From contig CBDHHA010000008.1 in NCBI GenBank assembly GCA_965263255.1, forward strand, positions 2,945,399-3,009,398: a DNA stretch of 64,000 nt. The letters run 5' to 3'. Position numbers and translations under genes: made by a program. This DNA comes from Bryobacterales bacterium (GTDB lineage Bacteria; Acidobacteriota; Terriglobia; Bryobacterales; UBA6623). The notes beneath the pieces were generated by a model. The model made no database searches. It was not told the DNA's origin and saw only the letters and a list, made by a program, of their open reading frames with translations. The stretch's first letter is position 1, and every line of letters starts with the position of its first letter. Below, one piece after another: positions 1 to 9,546 of this stretch.

Positions 1-2088
1 GAGCCTCCGGTCACTTTCGGCGGCGACGTCTTGCCGGTCCTGACCCGCGTGGGCTGCAACGGCGGGAACTGCCACGGGGCTATGAACGGTCAGAACGGAT
101 TCAAGCTCTCCCTGTTCGGCGACCACCCGAACGACGATTACGCGATGATCGTCGATGGGGACGGCGGTCGCCGGCTCGATCTCGGGAACCCCGCCGCGAG
201 CCTGCTCCTGCGCAAGCCGACGTTCCAGGTTTCGCACGGCGGCGGTCACGTCCTCGAGGCGGATTCGGTCGAGTACCGCACGTTGCTCCGCTGGATCACG
301 GGGGGAGCGAAGCGCGTCCCCGAGAGCGACAAGCGCCTCGTCGGGCTCACCGTGCATCCCGAGCACATCGTGCTCCACGGGAAGGCCGCGCGGATCCCTC
401 TCCTTGTCACGGCGCACTATTCGGACGGCACGGAGTCCGACTTCACCCGCCTTGCGTACTTCGACGCACACGACACGACGGTCGCCGAAGTGGACAGCAA
501 TGGCGTCGTCACCTCGCGAGGCCGTGGCGAGACGACCGTACTCGTCCGTGGGCCGGGGGCAGTTGCAGCTGCCCGGATCGGGGTAGTCACCGAGAGGCAC
601 CCGGTCGGCGAGGTCGAATCGCGAAACGTGATCGACCGGCACATCTTTGCCAAGCTCAGGGACCTGCACATCCCCCCATCCCCGCCGGCGGACGACGCCA
701 CGTTCCTGCGAAGGGCGTTCCTCGACATCATCGGCTTGGTGCCGACGGCCGACGAGGTGCGGCGGTTCGTGGCCGATGGCGACCCATCGAAGCGGGTCAA
801 GCTGGTCGACCGGCTCCTCGAGCGGCCGGAGTACGCGGATTTCTGGTCGCTGTACTGGGGCGATCACCTCAACAACACGAAGCAGCTGCTCTACAACAAG
901 GGCCCCTACACGTTCACGCGCTGGCTCTACGAGGCCTTCCGGCGGAACACGCCTTACGACGAGTTCGTGCGCACGCTGCTGACGTCGACCGGGAACATGT
1001 ACGACGCTCCCGAAACGAGCTTCTACCCGCTGATGAAGAAGCCGCTGGATCTGGCGTCCCAGACGAGCCAGCTCTTCCTCGGCATCCGTATCGGCTGCGC
1101 ACGCTGCCACAACCATCCCATGGAGAAGTGGACGCAGGACGACTACAACGGGATGGCTGCGTTCTTCTCCCAGATCCGCTACAAGGGGGGCGTCGGCCCG
1201 CGCAACAACGAGAGGACGCTGTACCTGGACTTCGACCGCGAGTTCTACCACCCCGAGAACGAGCGACACTACCGGCCCAAGGCCCTGGGCGGGCCCTACG
1301 CCGATGCGGGGGATTGGGTGGATCGTCGCGAGAAGCTTGCCGACTGGATGACGGACCCGAGCAACCCCTACTTTAGCCGCGCGATCGTCAACCGCATGTG
1401 GAAGCAGTTCATGGGGCGAGGCTTCGTGGAGCCTGTGGACGACTTCCGGGTCACGAACCCTCCGAGCCACCCCGAGCTGCTGGACTGGCTCGCCCGGGAT
1501 TTCGCCGAGCACGGGTACGACCTGCACCACCTGATCCGTCGGATCACCTCGAGCCGGGCCTACCAGACCACTTCGGTCCCGACCGAGGCGAACCGGGAGG
1601 ACACCACGGCCTACTCGCGCTACGGGGTGCGTCGGCTCACGGCCGAGCAGCTGCTCGACTCCATCTCGCAGGCAACCGGCGTGCCGGAGGACTTCGAGTC
1701 GCTGTATCCGGGCACGAGAGCGGCTCAGCTGCCCGAGCCGGAAGTGCCCTCGTACTTCCTGGACGTATTCGACCGCCCGTCCCGGCAACTGGTGTCCGAC
1801 CGCAACACCACGAACTCCCTCAATCAGGCCCTCCACCTGGCATCGGGCAACGCACTGGATGCCAAGATCCGCCACGAGCGAGGAATCCTCCAGCGGATGC
1901 TCGAGGACGGTCTGTCCACTAGGGAGATTGTCGAGGAGCTATACCTGAGGACTGTCTCGCGGTTCCCTACCCCTCAGGAGCGGGACGAGCTAGCCGGCTT
2001 CGTCGAGGCCGCTGGCTCGACGGACCGGGCCTTGGAAGACATCTTCTGGTCCCTGCTGAATTCCAAGGAGTTCCTCTTCCAGCACTAG
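1..2088 (+). CDS. DUF1549/DUF1553 (PSCyt/PSD-type) domain protein, 5'-truncated by window edge
   Basis: Frame 1 is open from nt 1, and the track ORF at 31 is only the first TTG. Contains the 'GCNGGNCHG' cytochrome-like motif and the DUF1553 signature 'CARCHNHPMEKWTQDDYNGMAAFF'. Family recognised from memory. Confidence 0.85.
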   Translation, partial: EPPVTFGGDVLPVLTRVGCNGGNCHGAMNGQNGFKLSLFGDHPNDDYAMIVDGDGGRRLDLGNPAASLLLRKPTFQVSHGGGHVLEADSVEYRTLLRWITGGAKRVPESDKRLVGLTVHPEHIVLHGKAARIPLLVTAHYSDGTESDFTRLAYFDAHDTTVAEVDSNGVVTSRGRGETTVLVRGPGAVAAARIGVVTERHPVGEVESRNVIDRHIFAKLRDLHIPPSPPADDATFLRRAFLDIIGLVPTADEVRRFVADGDPSKRVKLVDRLLERPEYADFWSLYWGDHLNNTKQLLYNKGPYTFTRWLYEAFRRNTPYDEFVRTLLTSTGNMYDAPETSFYPLMKKPLDLASQTSQLFLGIRIGCARCHNHPMEKWTQDDYNGMAAFFSQIRYKGGVGPRNNERTLYLDFDREFYHPENERHYRPKALGGPYADAGDWVDRREKLADWMTDPSNPYFSRAIVNRMWKQFMGRGFVEPVDDFRVTNPPSHPELLDWLARDFAEHGYDLHHLIRRITSSRAYQTTSVPTEANREDTTAYSRYGVRRLTAEQLLDSISQATGVPEDFESLYPGTRAAQLPEPEVPSYFLDVFDRPSRQLVSDRNTTNSLNQALHLASGNALDAKIRHERGILQRMLEDGLSTREIVEELYLRTVSRFPTPQERDELAGFVEAAGSTDRALEDIFWSLLNSKEFLFQH

Positions 2089-2374
2089 GTCTGCTCGCCG
2101 AGGCCAGTTCGACGGAATTGCGGGTGTCCTGATGCGACAGGGACATGCATGGCTGAGTTTGGCGGATAAGGACCGAGTATCGCTGGGGCGGGCCACGGCT
2201 CGCACACGGGTCCCGCAACGCGAGGATCTCAACCCATAAGTCATTGCTCAATAAGCACTTCTGAGTGCTGGCGGGCAAGCAGCCGAGCAACACTTGACGT
2301 CAGCCGGAGACTGTGCCAACATAATCGTTGGCAACAATTTCATTGGCAACGGTCATGCTGTTAGGAGTTCATCA

Positions 2375-3601
2375 ATGCTGAGAAAAACGGTAGGCAACTG
2401 GGTCGACGGCGATCGATTCTTTGACCGCGAGGCCGATATCGCGGATCTGCGCGAGCGGGTACGAGAGGGCACGCATACTCTGATCACGGCACAGAGAAGA
2501 AAGGGCAAGACAAGCCTCGTGCGCGAACTCTTGCGTCAACTGCATGAAGCGAAGGAAGCCGAATGCATCTTTGTCGATTTGGAAGACGCCAGGGACGCAG
2601 CGGACGCGATTGTCGAAATCGGCTTGCAAACGCGACACATGCAGCCTGTATGGCAGATATTGCTGGACACCGCCGCTCGGACCGTTCAGCATGTCGAGGA
2701 CGTGCAGTTATCCGAATTGAGAATTCGCCTGCGAAACACCATCGATTCCGGCAACTGGAAGCACAAGGGCAACGACCTGTTCAACATCCTGGCCGACCAA
2801 GAGCGGCTAGTGCTCGCGATCGACGAGTTGCCGCTACTGATCAATCGGATCCTCAAGGGTTCCGACAGTCGCAAGACCGAGGCGAGCATCCAGGACGCAG
2901 ACGAGTTCCTCTCCTGGTTGCGCCGGAATGCCCAACAGCACCGAGACAGAATCTGTCTAATTCTCTCCGGCAGCGTCGGCATCGCTCCGATTCTCAAAGA
3001 CGCTGGATTGAGCGCCACGATGAACGTGTTTTCCGCATATGACCTTAGGCCATGGGATACCCCGACCGCATGTCAATGCCTCGCCGAGTTGGCGAGCAGT
3101 TACGATATCGATCTGCCATCGCAGGTGCAAGAGGCCATGTGTCGGCGCCTACGGTCCTGCATTCCTCATCACATCCAGCAATTCTTTGACGCACTTCATC
3201 GCCACCTCAGGTTGCAAGGCAAGCAGAACGCCACGCTTAGAGATGCAGAAGCAGCATACCGGGAGGACATGCTCGGTACTAGAGGACGTATCGACATGGA
3301 TCACTACGAGGACCGGCTGAAGCTAATTCTGGGGATCGATGCGTACAGAGTAGCTCTCGCACTTCTGGCCGAGACTGCAACCACGGGATATCTCGACGCA
3401 GCGGGCATCCGAGCCTATAGCGATAGGCTGCGTGCTTCAGGGGATGGTGGATCTGATCGGATACCGCATGTCATCGACGTACTGGAGCACGACGGCTATC
3501 TAGTGAAGGAGATTGATCGTCACGAATTTGCATCAGGCCTTCTTAGGGACTGGTGGCGCGCTCGTGCAGGTCATGCTTTCCTTCCATTCACTAAAGGATG
3601 A
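2375..3601 (+). CDS. P-loop ATPase (archaeal-ATPase/AAA-like) with C-terminal helical/wHTH-like region
   Basis: ATG 2375 is preceded by AGGAG (2363-2367). N-terminus is 'FFDREADIADLRERV' followed by Walker A-like 'AQRRKGKTSL' and Walker B-like 'LVLAIDELP'. The track start at 2294 (TTG) is probably an extension. Composition is lower GC than the flanks. Confidence 0.7.
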   Translation: MLRKTVGNWVDGDRFFDREADIADLRERVREGTHTLITAQRRKGKTSLVRELLRQLHEAKEAECIFVDLEDARDAADAIVEIGLQTRHMQPVWQILLDTAARTVQHVEDVQLSELRIRLRNTIDSGNWKHKGNDLFNILADQERLVLAIDELPLLINRILKGSDSRKTEASIQDADEFLSWLRRNAQQHRDRICLILSGSVGIAPILKDAGLSATMNVFSAYDLRPWDTPTACQCLAELASSYDIDLPSQVQEAMCRRLRSCIPHHIQQFFDALHRHLRLQGKQNATLRDAEAAYREDMLGTRGRIDMDHYEDRLKLILGIDAYRVALALLAETATTGYLDAAGIRAYSDRLRASGDGGSDRIPHVIDVLEHDGYLVKEIDRHEFASGLLRDWWRARAGHAFLPFTKG

Positions 3602-3634
3602 ACTACTAGGCATCTATCTGAAGTCAACGGCACA

Positions 3635-6115
3635 ATGGGGAAACGTATCGTAAAGTACAACCCTGGCTTCCTCGACGAAGAGGAGCTCGTGAGATCCTTT
3701 TGTGTCCGCACGAATGAGTTTGATCTAATCGTTCAGAGTCTAAGGGAAAGCACAGGCAGGTCGAATTCCCATCAGCTAGTGATCGGCCCGCGTGGGTGCG
3801 GCAAGACGACACTCTTGCTGCGCGTCGCAGCTGAGGTGAACAGGGACGCGAATCTTCGATCCTTCCTGTTCCCGATCATTTTCGCGGAGGAAAGCTATGA
3901 AATTGCGACGTGCGGCGAGTTCTGGTTGCAGTGCCTAGACAATCTAGCGAGCCGAGCCATTCACGGCGAACAGACGAGGGACCTTAGGCTCACGCTTGAA
4001 GAGTTTCGAAAAACTACGGATGATCGCACCCTCGTGGATCGCTGCCTCGGAGCGATCTTGGAGTTCGCCGATCGAGAAGGCAAACGTCTTGTACTGATTG
4101 TAGAGAACTTGAACACGATGTTCGCTGACATCGGCGACCCCGAGGTCGGGTGGCAACTACGCAAAACCCTTCAACACGAACCACGGATCATTTTCCTCGC
4201 TAGTGCAACAGCACGCTTCGAAGAGATTGACAACTCGAGCAGGGCCTTGTACGACATCTTCCAGGTCCATACGCTGAGAGCGTTGGGCCAAGGCGCCTGC
4301 GCTTCACTTTGGAAGCAAGTAGCTGGAAGGCATATCGATCCACGCTTTGCTCGGGCACTTCAAATTCTGACCGGCGGAAATGCTCGCTTGTTAGTGATTG
4401 TCGCTCAGTTCGGCGCACACCTGTCCTTTGCCAATTTGATGCAATCGATGTTGGATCTTGTCGATGACTACACCGAATATTTTAGGGGCCACCTTGAATC
4501 ACTATCGCCCCAAGAGCGTCGTGTCTACCTAGCGCTGGCACGCCTCTGGAGGCCAGCAGCTGCTAGGGACATTTCCGGGCTCGCACGGATTTCTACCAAC
4601 CAATGTAGTGCGATTCTAGGTCGACTCATGCGGCGAGGAGTAGTGTTGCGTGGCGAGGGTCCTAGGCATCGGCAGGAATACTGCTTGGCCGAGCGAATGT
4701 ACAACATCTACTACCTGCTGAGAACCAGCCGGGGTCACGACGGCGTCGTCCAAGCGTTCATCCGGTTCATGGCGGCATACTACGAGGCCTCAGAGCCTTC
4801 AGATATACGTGATGCAATCCGCAGGGCATCTACTAACATCGACGCAAGCAAAAGAGGAATGAGGGAGTCTGTAATCCGGGCTATCTCCCCCCATGTCGGA
4901 ATGGACCTTGCGCATCGGGTGGTGTCGCTGTGCAGGATCGGTCGCTGGGATGAGGCTCTCGAGGCAGTCAAGGAGATCTTGCAGAACTTCGAGGCCAGGA
5001 CGTACCCCGAGGCTGTCTGGCGTCGGGCTCTGGTTGTCTTCCTCCAAGGCTATGCGCTAATGGGTTTGGGCCGCTTGACGGAGGCGCACGCAGCCTTTGA
5101 CACGGCGAACACCGAATTCGAGGCAATCAACACCCCCGAAGCTCGAGAACTCCTTGCGCGGGTACGTTTGGCAAGGGCAGCACTCCTTGCAAGGCAAGGC
5201 TTGTCTGACAAAGTATCGGAGGCGTGTGATTCTCTATCCGATCAGTATGAGTCCAGCAGCGTGCCTGGGGAGATCGAGGTCGCGGCCGAGGCCTTGCTGC
5301 TAAAGGCCCGATCGTTTCAGGAGAGGCGGAAACTCGACGATGCGCTGGAACTCTACAGTCGGGTCGCAACTCTTGTTGAAGCCCTCGATTCAGACGGGGC
5401 GCTCGAACTATGGGCAATGGCTTGGGCAGGGAAAGCAAGGGTCTTGGCCAGCAGCAGCAATGAGGAGATGGTTCACCAAGCCTACGATACTGTGATCGAG
5501 CGCTTCGCACGTGCCAGCCCAACCGAGCCCGCCGAGACTGTCGCCAGAGTGCTTCTGAGCAAGGGAAATCTACTCAGCAGCGAGACTCGCTTCAGGGAGA
5601 GTCTGGAGGTCTACAACCAGCTGGTCAATCGCTATGGAGACAGCGACTCGTCAACGCTGCGCGAACTGGTGGGGTATGGGCTGATCGGGCGATCCAATTC
5701 GGAGCTGTCGCTTGGAAGGGCAGCCGCAGCAGCAACCACAGCTGGCAAGGCCCATCAGATCGCCTCCGCAGATGACTCCGACCTAGCGATTGCGTCAGTG
5801 CTGCAACGTGCGCTAGCGCACCTTGTGGGCGGAAACGTGGAAGACTGCGAGGCTGTTCTCGCGGCCATGCTCGGACTTCTTCCGAAATTCCCGTCTGTGA
5901 CGAGCCCGGCCATTGAGGGCCTCATCGGATTCACGGCTCAGATGGGGCCCCGACCAGTCCTGGAACTGCTCCAAGAGTCCCCCTCCGAGGATCTGCTGCT
6001 TCCATTGACAACGGCCCTGCGGATGGAACTCGGCATTGAGACAAGGGTGGCGGAGGAGGTCCGAGAAGTTGCGAGCGACATCCGACAGGACCTAGCCAAG
6101 CTTCGTGAGCACTGA
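3635..6115 (+). CDS. STAND-like NTPase: P-loop ATPase + winged-helix + C-terminal TPR-like helical repeats
   Basis: Walker A 'GPRGCGKTTLLL' and Walker B-like 'RLVLIVENLN'. MarR/Orc-like wHTH segment 'SPQERRVYLALARLWRPAAARDISGLARISTNQCSAILGRLMRRGVV'. About 400 aa of Ala/Leu-rich TPR-like repeats follow. Lies 33 nt downstream of the previous gene on the same strand. Confidence 0.7.
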   Translation: MGKRIVKYNPGFLDEEELVRSFCVRTNEFDLIVQSLRESTGRSNSHQLVIGPRGCGKTTLLLRVAAEVNRDANLRSFLFPIIFAEESYEIATCGEFWLQCLDNLASRAIHGEQTRDLRLTLEEFRKTTDDRTLVDRCLGAILEFADREGKRLVLIVENLNTMFADIGDPEVGWQLRKTLQHEPRIIFLASATARFEEIDNSSRALYDIFQVHTLRALGQGACASLWKQVAGRHIDPRFARALQILTGGNARLLVIVAQFGAHLSFANLMQSMLDLVDDYTEYFRGHLESLSPQERRVYLALARLWRPAAARDISGLARISTNQCSAILGRLMRRGVVLRGEGPRHRQEYCLAERMYNIYYLLRTSRGHDGVVQAFIRFMAAYYEASEPSDIRDAIRRASTNIDASKRGMRESVIRAISPHVGMDLAHRVVSLCRIGRWDEALEAVKEILQNFEARTYPEAVWRRALVVFLQGYALMGLGRLTEAHAAFDTANTEFEAINTPEARELLARVRLARAALLARQGLSDKVSEACDSLSDQYESSSVPGEIEVAAEALLLKARSFQERRKLDDALELYSRVATLVEALDSDGALELWAMAWAGKARVLASSSNEEMVHQAYDTVIERFARASPTEPAETVARVLLSKGNLLSSETRFRESLEVYNQLVNRYGDSDSSTLRELVGYGLIGRSNSELSLGRAAAAATTAGKAHQIASADDSDLAIASVLQRALAHLVGGNVEDCEAVLAAMLGLLPKFPSVTSPAIEGLIGFTAQMGPRPVLELLQESPSEDLLLPLTTALRMELGIETRVAEEVREVASDIRQDLAKLREH

Positions 6116-6539
6116 CTGTGGTTCGGGCCTTCCGGATCGGGCGCAGACGCTCTTGGGATGTCGGGTTGGGGTCCTGCGCGACACTTCGGTTGGCCGGAAC
6201 AGGGCGCCCGAGGGCCCTTCCATTTCGGGGTTGGCGTGCCGAATCTGAGACACCGGAGTCGTCCGTGGCCTGCTGGCGTCAGCTCGATTTCGAGGTCCCC
6301 GGCCTGGGAACCGTCGCGGCCGTGACCGCCGGAGAGTGAATCGACAGGTATGCTGCGGCAACCCGCTCTGGTGGGGGCCACAAGAGTGTGCGCAGGCAAT
6401 ATAATCAAGGTGCTCATTTCGGGATTGAGCCGCGTCGGGTCTCCGTGTGCGTCCCCCGGGACGACCGTCAGTGGGCCGGCGGCCGTCCAGTCCCGGAGGT
6501 GGATGGAGGTCTCCTCACTTCAGGGATGCAGCGTCAGTC

Positions 6540-7820
6540 ATGCACGTCACGAATCACACATCGCTCTTCGGACGCAGGGATTTTCTGAAGATCGGCTCCC
6601 TCGGCCCGCTGGGACTGACACTGGGCCAGGCCCTGCAGGCCCGCCCCAGCAAGGAAGTCTCGTGCATCCTGGTCTGGCAGAGCGGGGGGTGCCCGCAGCA
6701 GGACACCTTCGACATGAAGCCTGACGCCCCGCTGGAGTACCGCGGGGAGTTCAAGCCGATTCCGACCAACGTGCCCGGCATCCAGGTCTGCGAGCACCTG
6801 CCCCTCACGGCCAGGCAGGCCGACAAGTTCACGATCCTGCGGTCGTTGCGATCTCAGGAGAACAACCACGAGCGGGCGATCAACTACCTCCTGACCGGCT
6901 ACCTGCCCCTGCCGACAGTCGAGTTCCCCAGCATGGGTTCGGTAGTCTCCGAGCGTCTCGGCTCTCGGAACGGCCTGCCACCGTACGTGGCAGTGCCCAA
7001 GACGTTCCCCTCCTACGGGGCGGGCTTCCTCGGTGGGGCGCACAATCCCTACAACTCCGGAGATCCGAACGTTCCCGGCTACCAGGCCCGCGACCTGACG
7101 CTCTCCGCTGATGTCGACTGGTCCCGCCTCGGCGACCGGCGTCGGCTCCTAGCCAGCATGGACAGCAAGTTTAAGGCCATCGAGAGCAGTCCCGAATTCG
7201 GGGCAATGGACTCGTTCTACGAGCAGGCGTACTCACTGCTGAGCTCCCCGGAAGCGAAGAGCGCATTCGACATCGAGGCAGAGCCGCCCGCCTTGCGGGA
7301 GCGATACGGGCGGACGCCAGTCGGGCAGGGATGCCTGCTGGCGCGCCGGCTCGTGGAGTCCGGGGTGCGCTTCGTGACCGTGGCCAAGGGCTGGCTCAAT
7401 TACGACACCCACGGCGACAACTTCAACACGATGAAGAAGGTCCTGCTCCCTGAATTCGACAAGGCCTTCGCAAGCCTCCTCGAGGACCTGGAGCAGCGCG
7501 GAATGCTGGACACGACTCTGGTCATCGCGATGGGCGAGTTCGGCCGCACGCCGAAGGTGAACAGCGCGGCCGGCCGCGACCACCACAAGGACTGCTGGTC
7601 GATCGCACTGGCAGGAGCCGGCATCCCGGGCGGGCGCATTCTCGGAGCGACCGACAAGCACGCCGCCGAGGTGACCGAGCTTCCGGTCGAGCCTGAAGAC
7701 CTGCTGTTCACGCTCTACAGCATTCTGGGCATCGACCCGACGCACGAGTACGACACGCCGCTGCGCCGACCGATCAAGGTCAGCAACGGCGGCAAGATGA
7801 TTCCCGGCCTGCTGGCATGA
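6540..7820 (+). CDS. DUF1501 domain protein (sulfatase-fold, Tat-leader)
   Basis: ATG 6540 places the twin-arginine leader 'FGRRDFLKIGSLG' at the N-terminus. Conserved 'GEFGRTP' and 'GRDHH' motifs are present. The track start at 6447 is an upstream extension. Confidence 0.85.
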   Translation: MHVTNHTSLFGRRDFLKIGSLGPLGLTLGQALQARPSKEVSCILVWQSGGCPQQDTFDMKPDAPLEYRGEFKPIPTNVPGIQVCEHLPLTARQADKFTILRSLRSQENNHERAINYLLTGYLPLPTVEFPSMGSVVSERLGSRNGLPPYVAVPKTFPSYGAGFLGGAHNPYNSGDPNVPGYQARDLTLSADVDWSRLGDRRRLLASMDSKFKAIESSPEFGAMDSFYEQAYSLLSSPEAKSAFDIEAEPPALRERYGRTPVGQGCLLARRLVESGVRFVTVAKGWLNYDTHGDNFNTMKKVLLPEFDKAFASLLEDLEQRGMLDTTLVIAMGEFGRTPKVNSAAGRDHHKDCWSIALAGAGIPGGRILGATDKHAAEVTELPVEPEDLLFTLYSILGIDPTHEYDTPLRRPIKVSNGGKMIPGLLA

Positions 7821-7895
7821 CCCGCTGCGGCCGGGCCGCGCGCGTCACCTTGGCTCGCGGCGCGCCGCGAGCGACCCTGACCGCCCTGCCATGAC

Positions 7896-9470
7896 ATGTC
7901 GGCGACCCGGCGAGCACTGACGTCCGCGCTGTTGGCGGGATATCTCGGAGCAGCGGCACCGCTGCATTCCCAAGCGCAAACCGAGCGGGCTCGCGCCAGT
8001 GCCGAGGCAAGAGGCTGGATCGACTCGGGCCGGCCTGATCTCGCCGTGCCGATCTATCGCTCGCTGCTAGAGTCGACGCCGGATGATCCAAGGCTGCTGC
8101 TGAATCTAGCCGTCTCGCAATTCAAGGCTGGGGATTACCTGGGCGCGATCGACACGTGCGGGCGTCTGCTTGCACTGGATCCGACTTCCGGGCCGGCCCT
8201 GCTGTTCCTTGGAGCAAGCCACTTCCAACTGGCAGAGCCGGCACGCGCCGTCGGGCCCCTCCAGCGAGTGGTCGCGGCGCAGCCGAACGAGCGGAACGCG
8301 CGTTTGATGCTGGCCGAATCGCTCGCGCTGCTGGAGCGCCACGAGGAGGCGCTGCGGCACTTCGAGACCGGTGCGTCGCTGCTTCCTCGGGAGCCTCGCG
8401 CCTGGTACGGACTCAATCAGGCCTACAGGCACACCTCCCGCGCGGCCTTCGGCAGACTCCATGCAAGATTTCCCGACAGTGCCTACTCCCGGGCAGCGCT
8501 GGGCCGATCCTACGAGGCGCAGAGCGATTACCGACAGGCCGCGTACGAATTCCGGAGCGCACTGGAAGGCGGCGAACTGGACTCCCACGCTAGGGCGCGG
8601 GTGATGTCATCGCTCGCAGCAATCTATCGCCGGCTCGGCATGGAGGGCCATCAGGCGGGTGGGGACGGCGCCGGCGAGAATTCCACGGCAACGGACTGCG
8701 CCGAGAACGATCCGGCATGCCTGTTCGTGGCTGGACGTTTTCGGGAAAGCAGGGCGGCGAGCCGTTCCGGCACAAGTGCGAGCTCGCTCTTCTGGCTGTC
8801 CGAGGCCGGCGAAGCGCTCGCGGACGAGGCGTTCGAGCGCCTAATGGAGCTGCCTCCGTCGTTCCAGCTCTTCGAACTGCGGGCCAGGCGTGATTCCCGG
8901 CAGGGAAACCACCGCAGTGCGGCTGGACATTGGCGCGAGGCTCTGGCTTTGGATCCCGAGAACCGTGTCCTGAAGACCGGCCTTGCCAGCGCTCTGTTCG
9001 ACTCACAAGACTTCGAGGCCGCAGTCAAGGCATTGGACCCGCTCCTTGGTGCAGACGGCTCTTCCGCGGACCTCCTGCTGATGCGAGGTAGCGCCCGCCT
9101 TGCCCTCAATCAACCCGAAGAAGCCATACCCGACCTCCTTGAGTCCGCCAAACTCGCCTCGGAAACCGGGGCTGCTCTCGCGGAACTAGGCCGCGCGTAC
9201 CTGCTTGCCGACCGTCCCGATCAAGCGATCCCGCCGCTGCAGCAGATTCTGGACGACGATGAGGACGGCAGCTACCACTATCGGCTCGCGGTCGCATACA
9301 GCCGCACCGGGCAAGCGGACAGGGCCGCGATCATGCTCGAGCGATTCCGGCAGCTCAAGGCCGCAGCCGAGGAGTGGAGGCGGGATCTCGAGAAGCGGCT
9401 GGCCCTGCCGGAGGGTGAGCGGGGCGCTGCAGTGAATCCCCCAGCCACGGTACCAGGACGACTACCCTAG
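7896..9470 (+). CDS. TPR repeat protein, secreted
   Basis: Signal-peptide-like N-terminus 'MSATRRALTSALLAGYLGAAAPLHSQA'. Repeated TPR-type A/L/Y helices run throughout. Confidence 0.75.
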   Translation: MSATRRALTSALLAGYLGAAAPLHSQAQTERARASAEARGWIDSGRPDLAVPIYRSLLESTPDDPRLLLNLAVSQFKAGDYLGAIDTCGRLLALDPTSGPALLFLGASHFQLAEPARAVGPLQRVVAAQPNERNARLMLAESLALLERHEEALRHFETGASLLPREPRAWYGLNQAYRHTSRAAFGRLHARFPDSAYSRAALGRSYEAQSDYRQAAYEFRSALEGGELDSHARARVMSSLAAIYRRLGMEGHQAGGDGAGENSTATDCAENDPACLFVAGRFRESRAASRSGTSASSLFWLSEAGEALADEAFERLMELPPSFQLFELRARRDSRQGNHRSAAGHWREALALDPENRVLKTGLASALFDSQDFEAAVKALDPLLGADGSSADLLLMRGSARLALNQPEEAIPDLLESAKLASETGAALAELGRAYLLADRPDQAIPPLQQILDDDEDGSYHYRLAVAYSRTGQADRAAIMLERFRQLKAAAEEWRRDLEKRLALPEGERGAAVNPPATVPGRLP

Positions 9471-9546
9471 GGAGCAACGTTGGCGGAGGCCGCGACGCTC
9501 TTTCCCGCGAGACGCGACCGAGCCTAGCCGTCGCGGACCCGCATCC

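Noticed and set aside
2322-2352. Direct repeat TTGGCAAC...TTGGCAAC upstream of the first ATPase gene as a sigma-54 promoter
   Set aside because: The GG-N10-GC spacing and the -12 TTGC element are not satisfied. It is at most a small direct repeat of unknown meaning.
2317-6406. 'CAACATAATC' (2317-2326) and 'CAATATAATC' (6397-6406) as att-like direct repeats flanking the ATPase island
   Set aside because: This is only a 9/10 match. My rough estimate is that a few such matches are expected by chance between two intergenic segments of a few hundred nt. The second copy also reads as a plain TATAAT -10 box.
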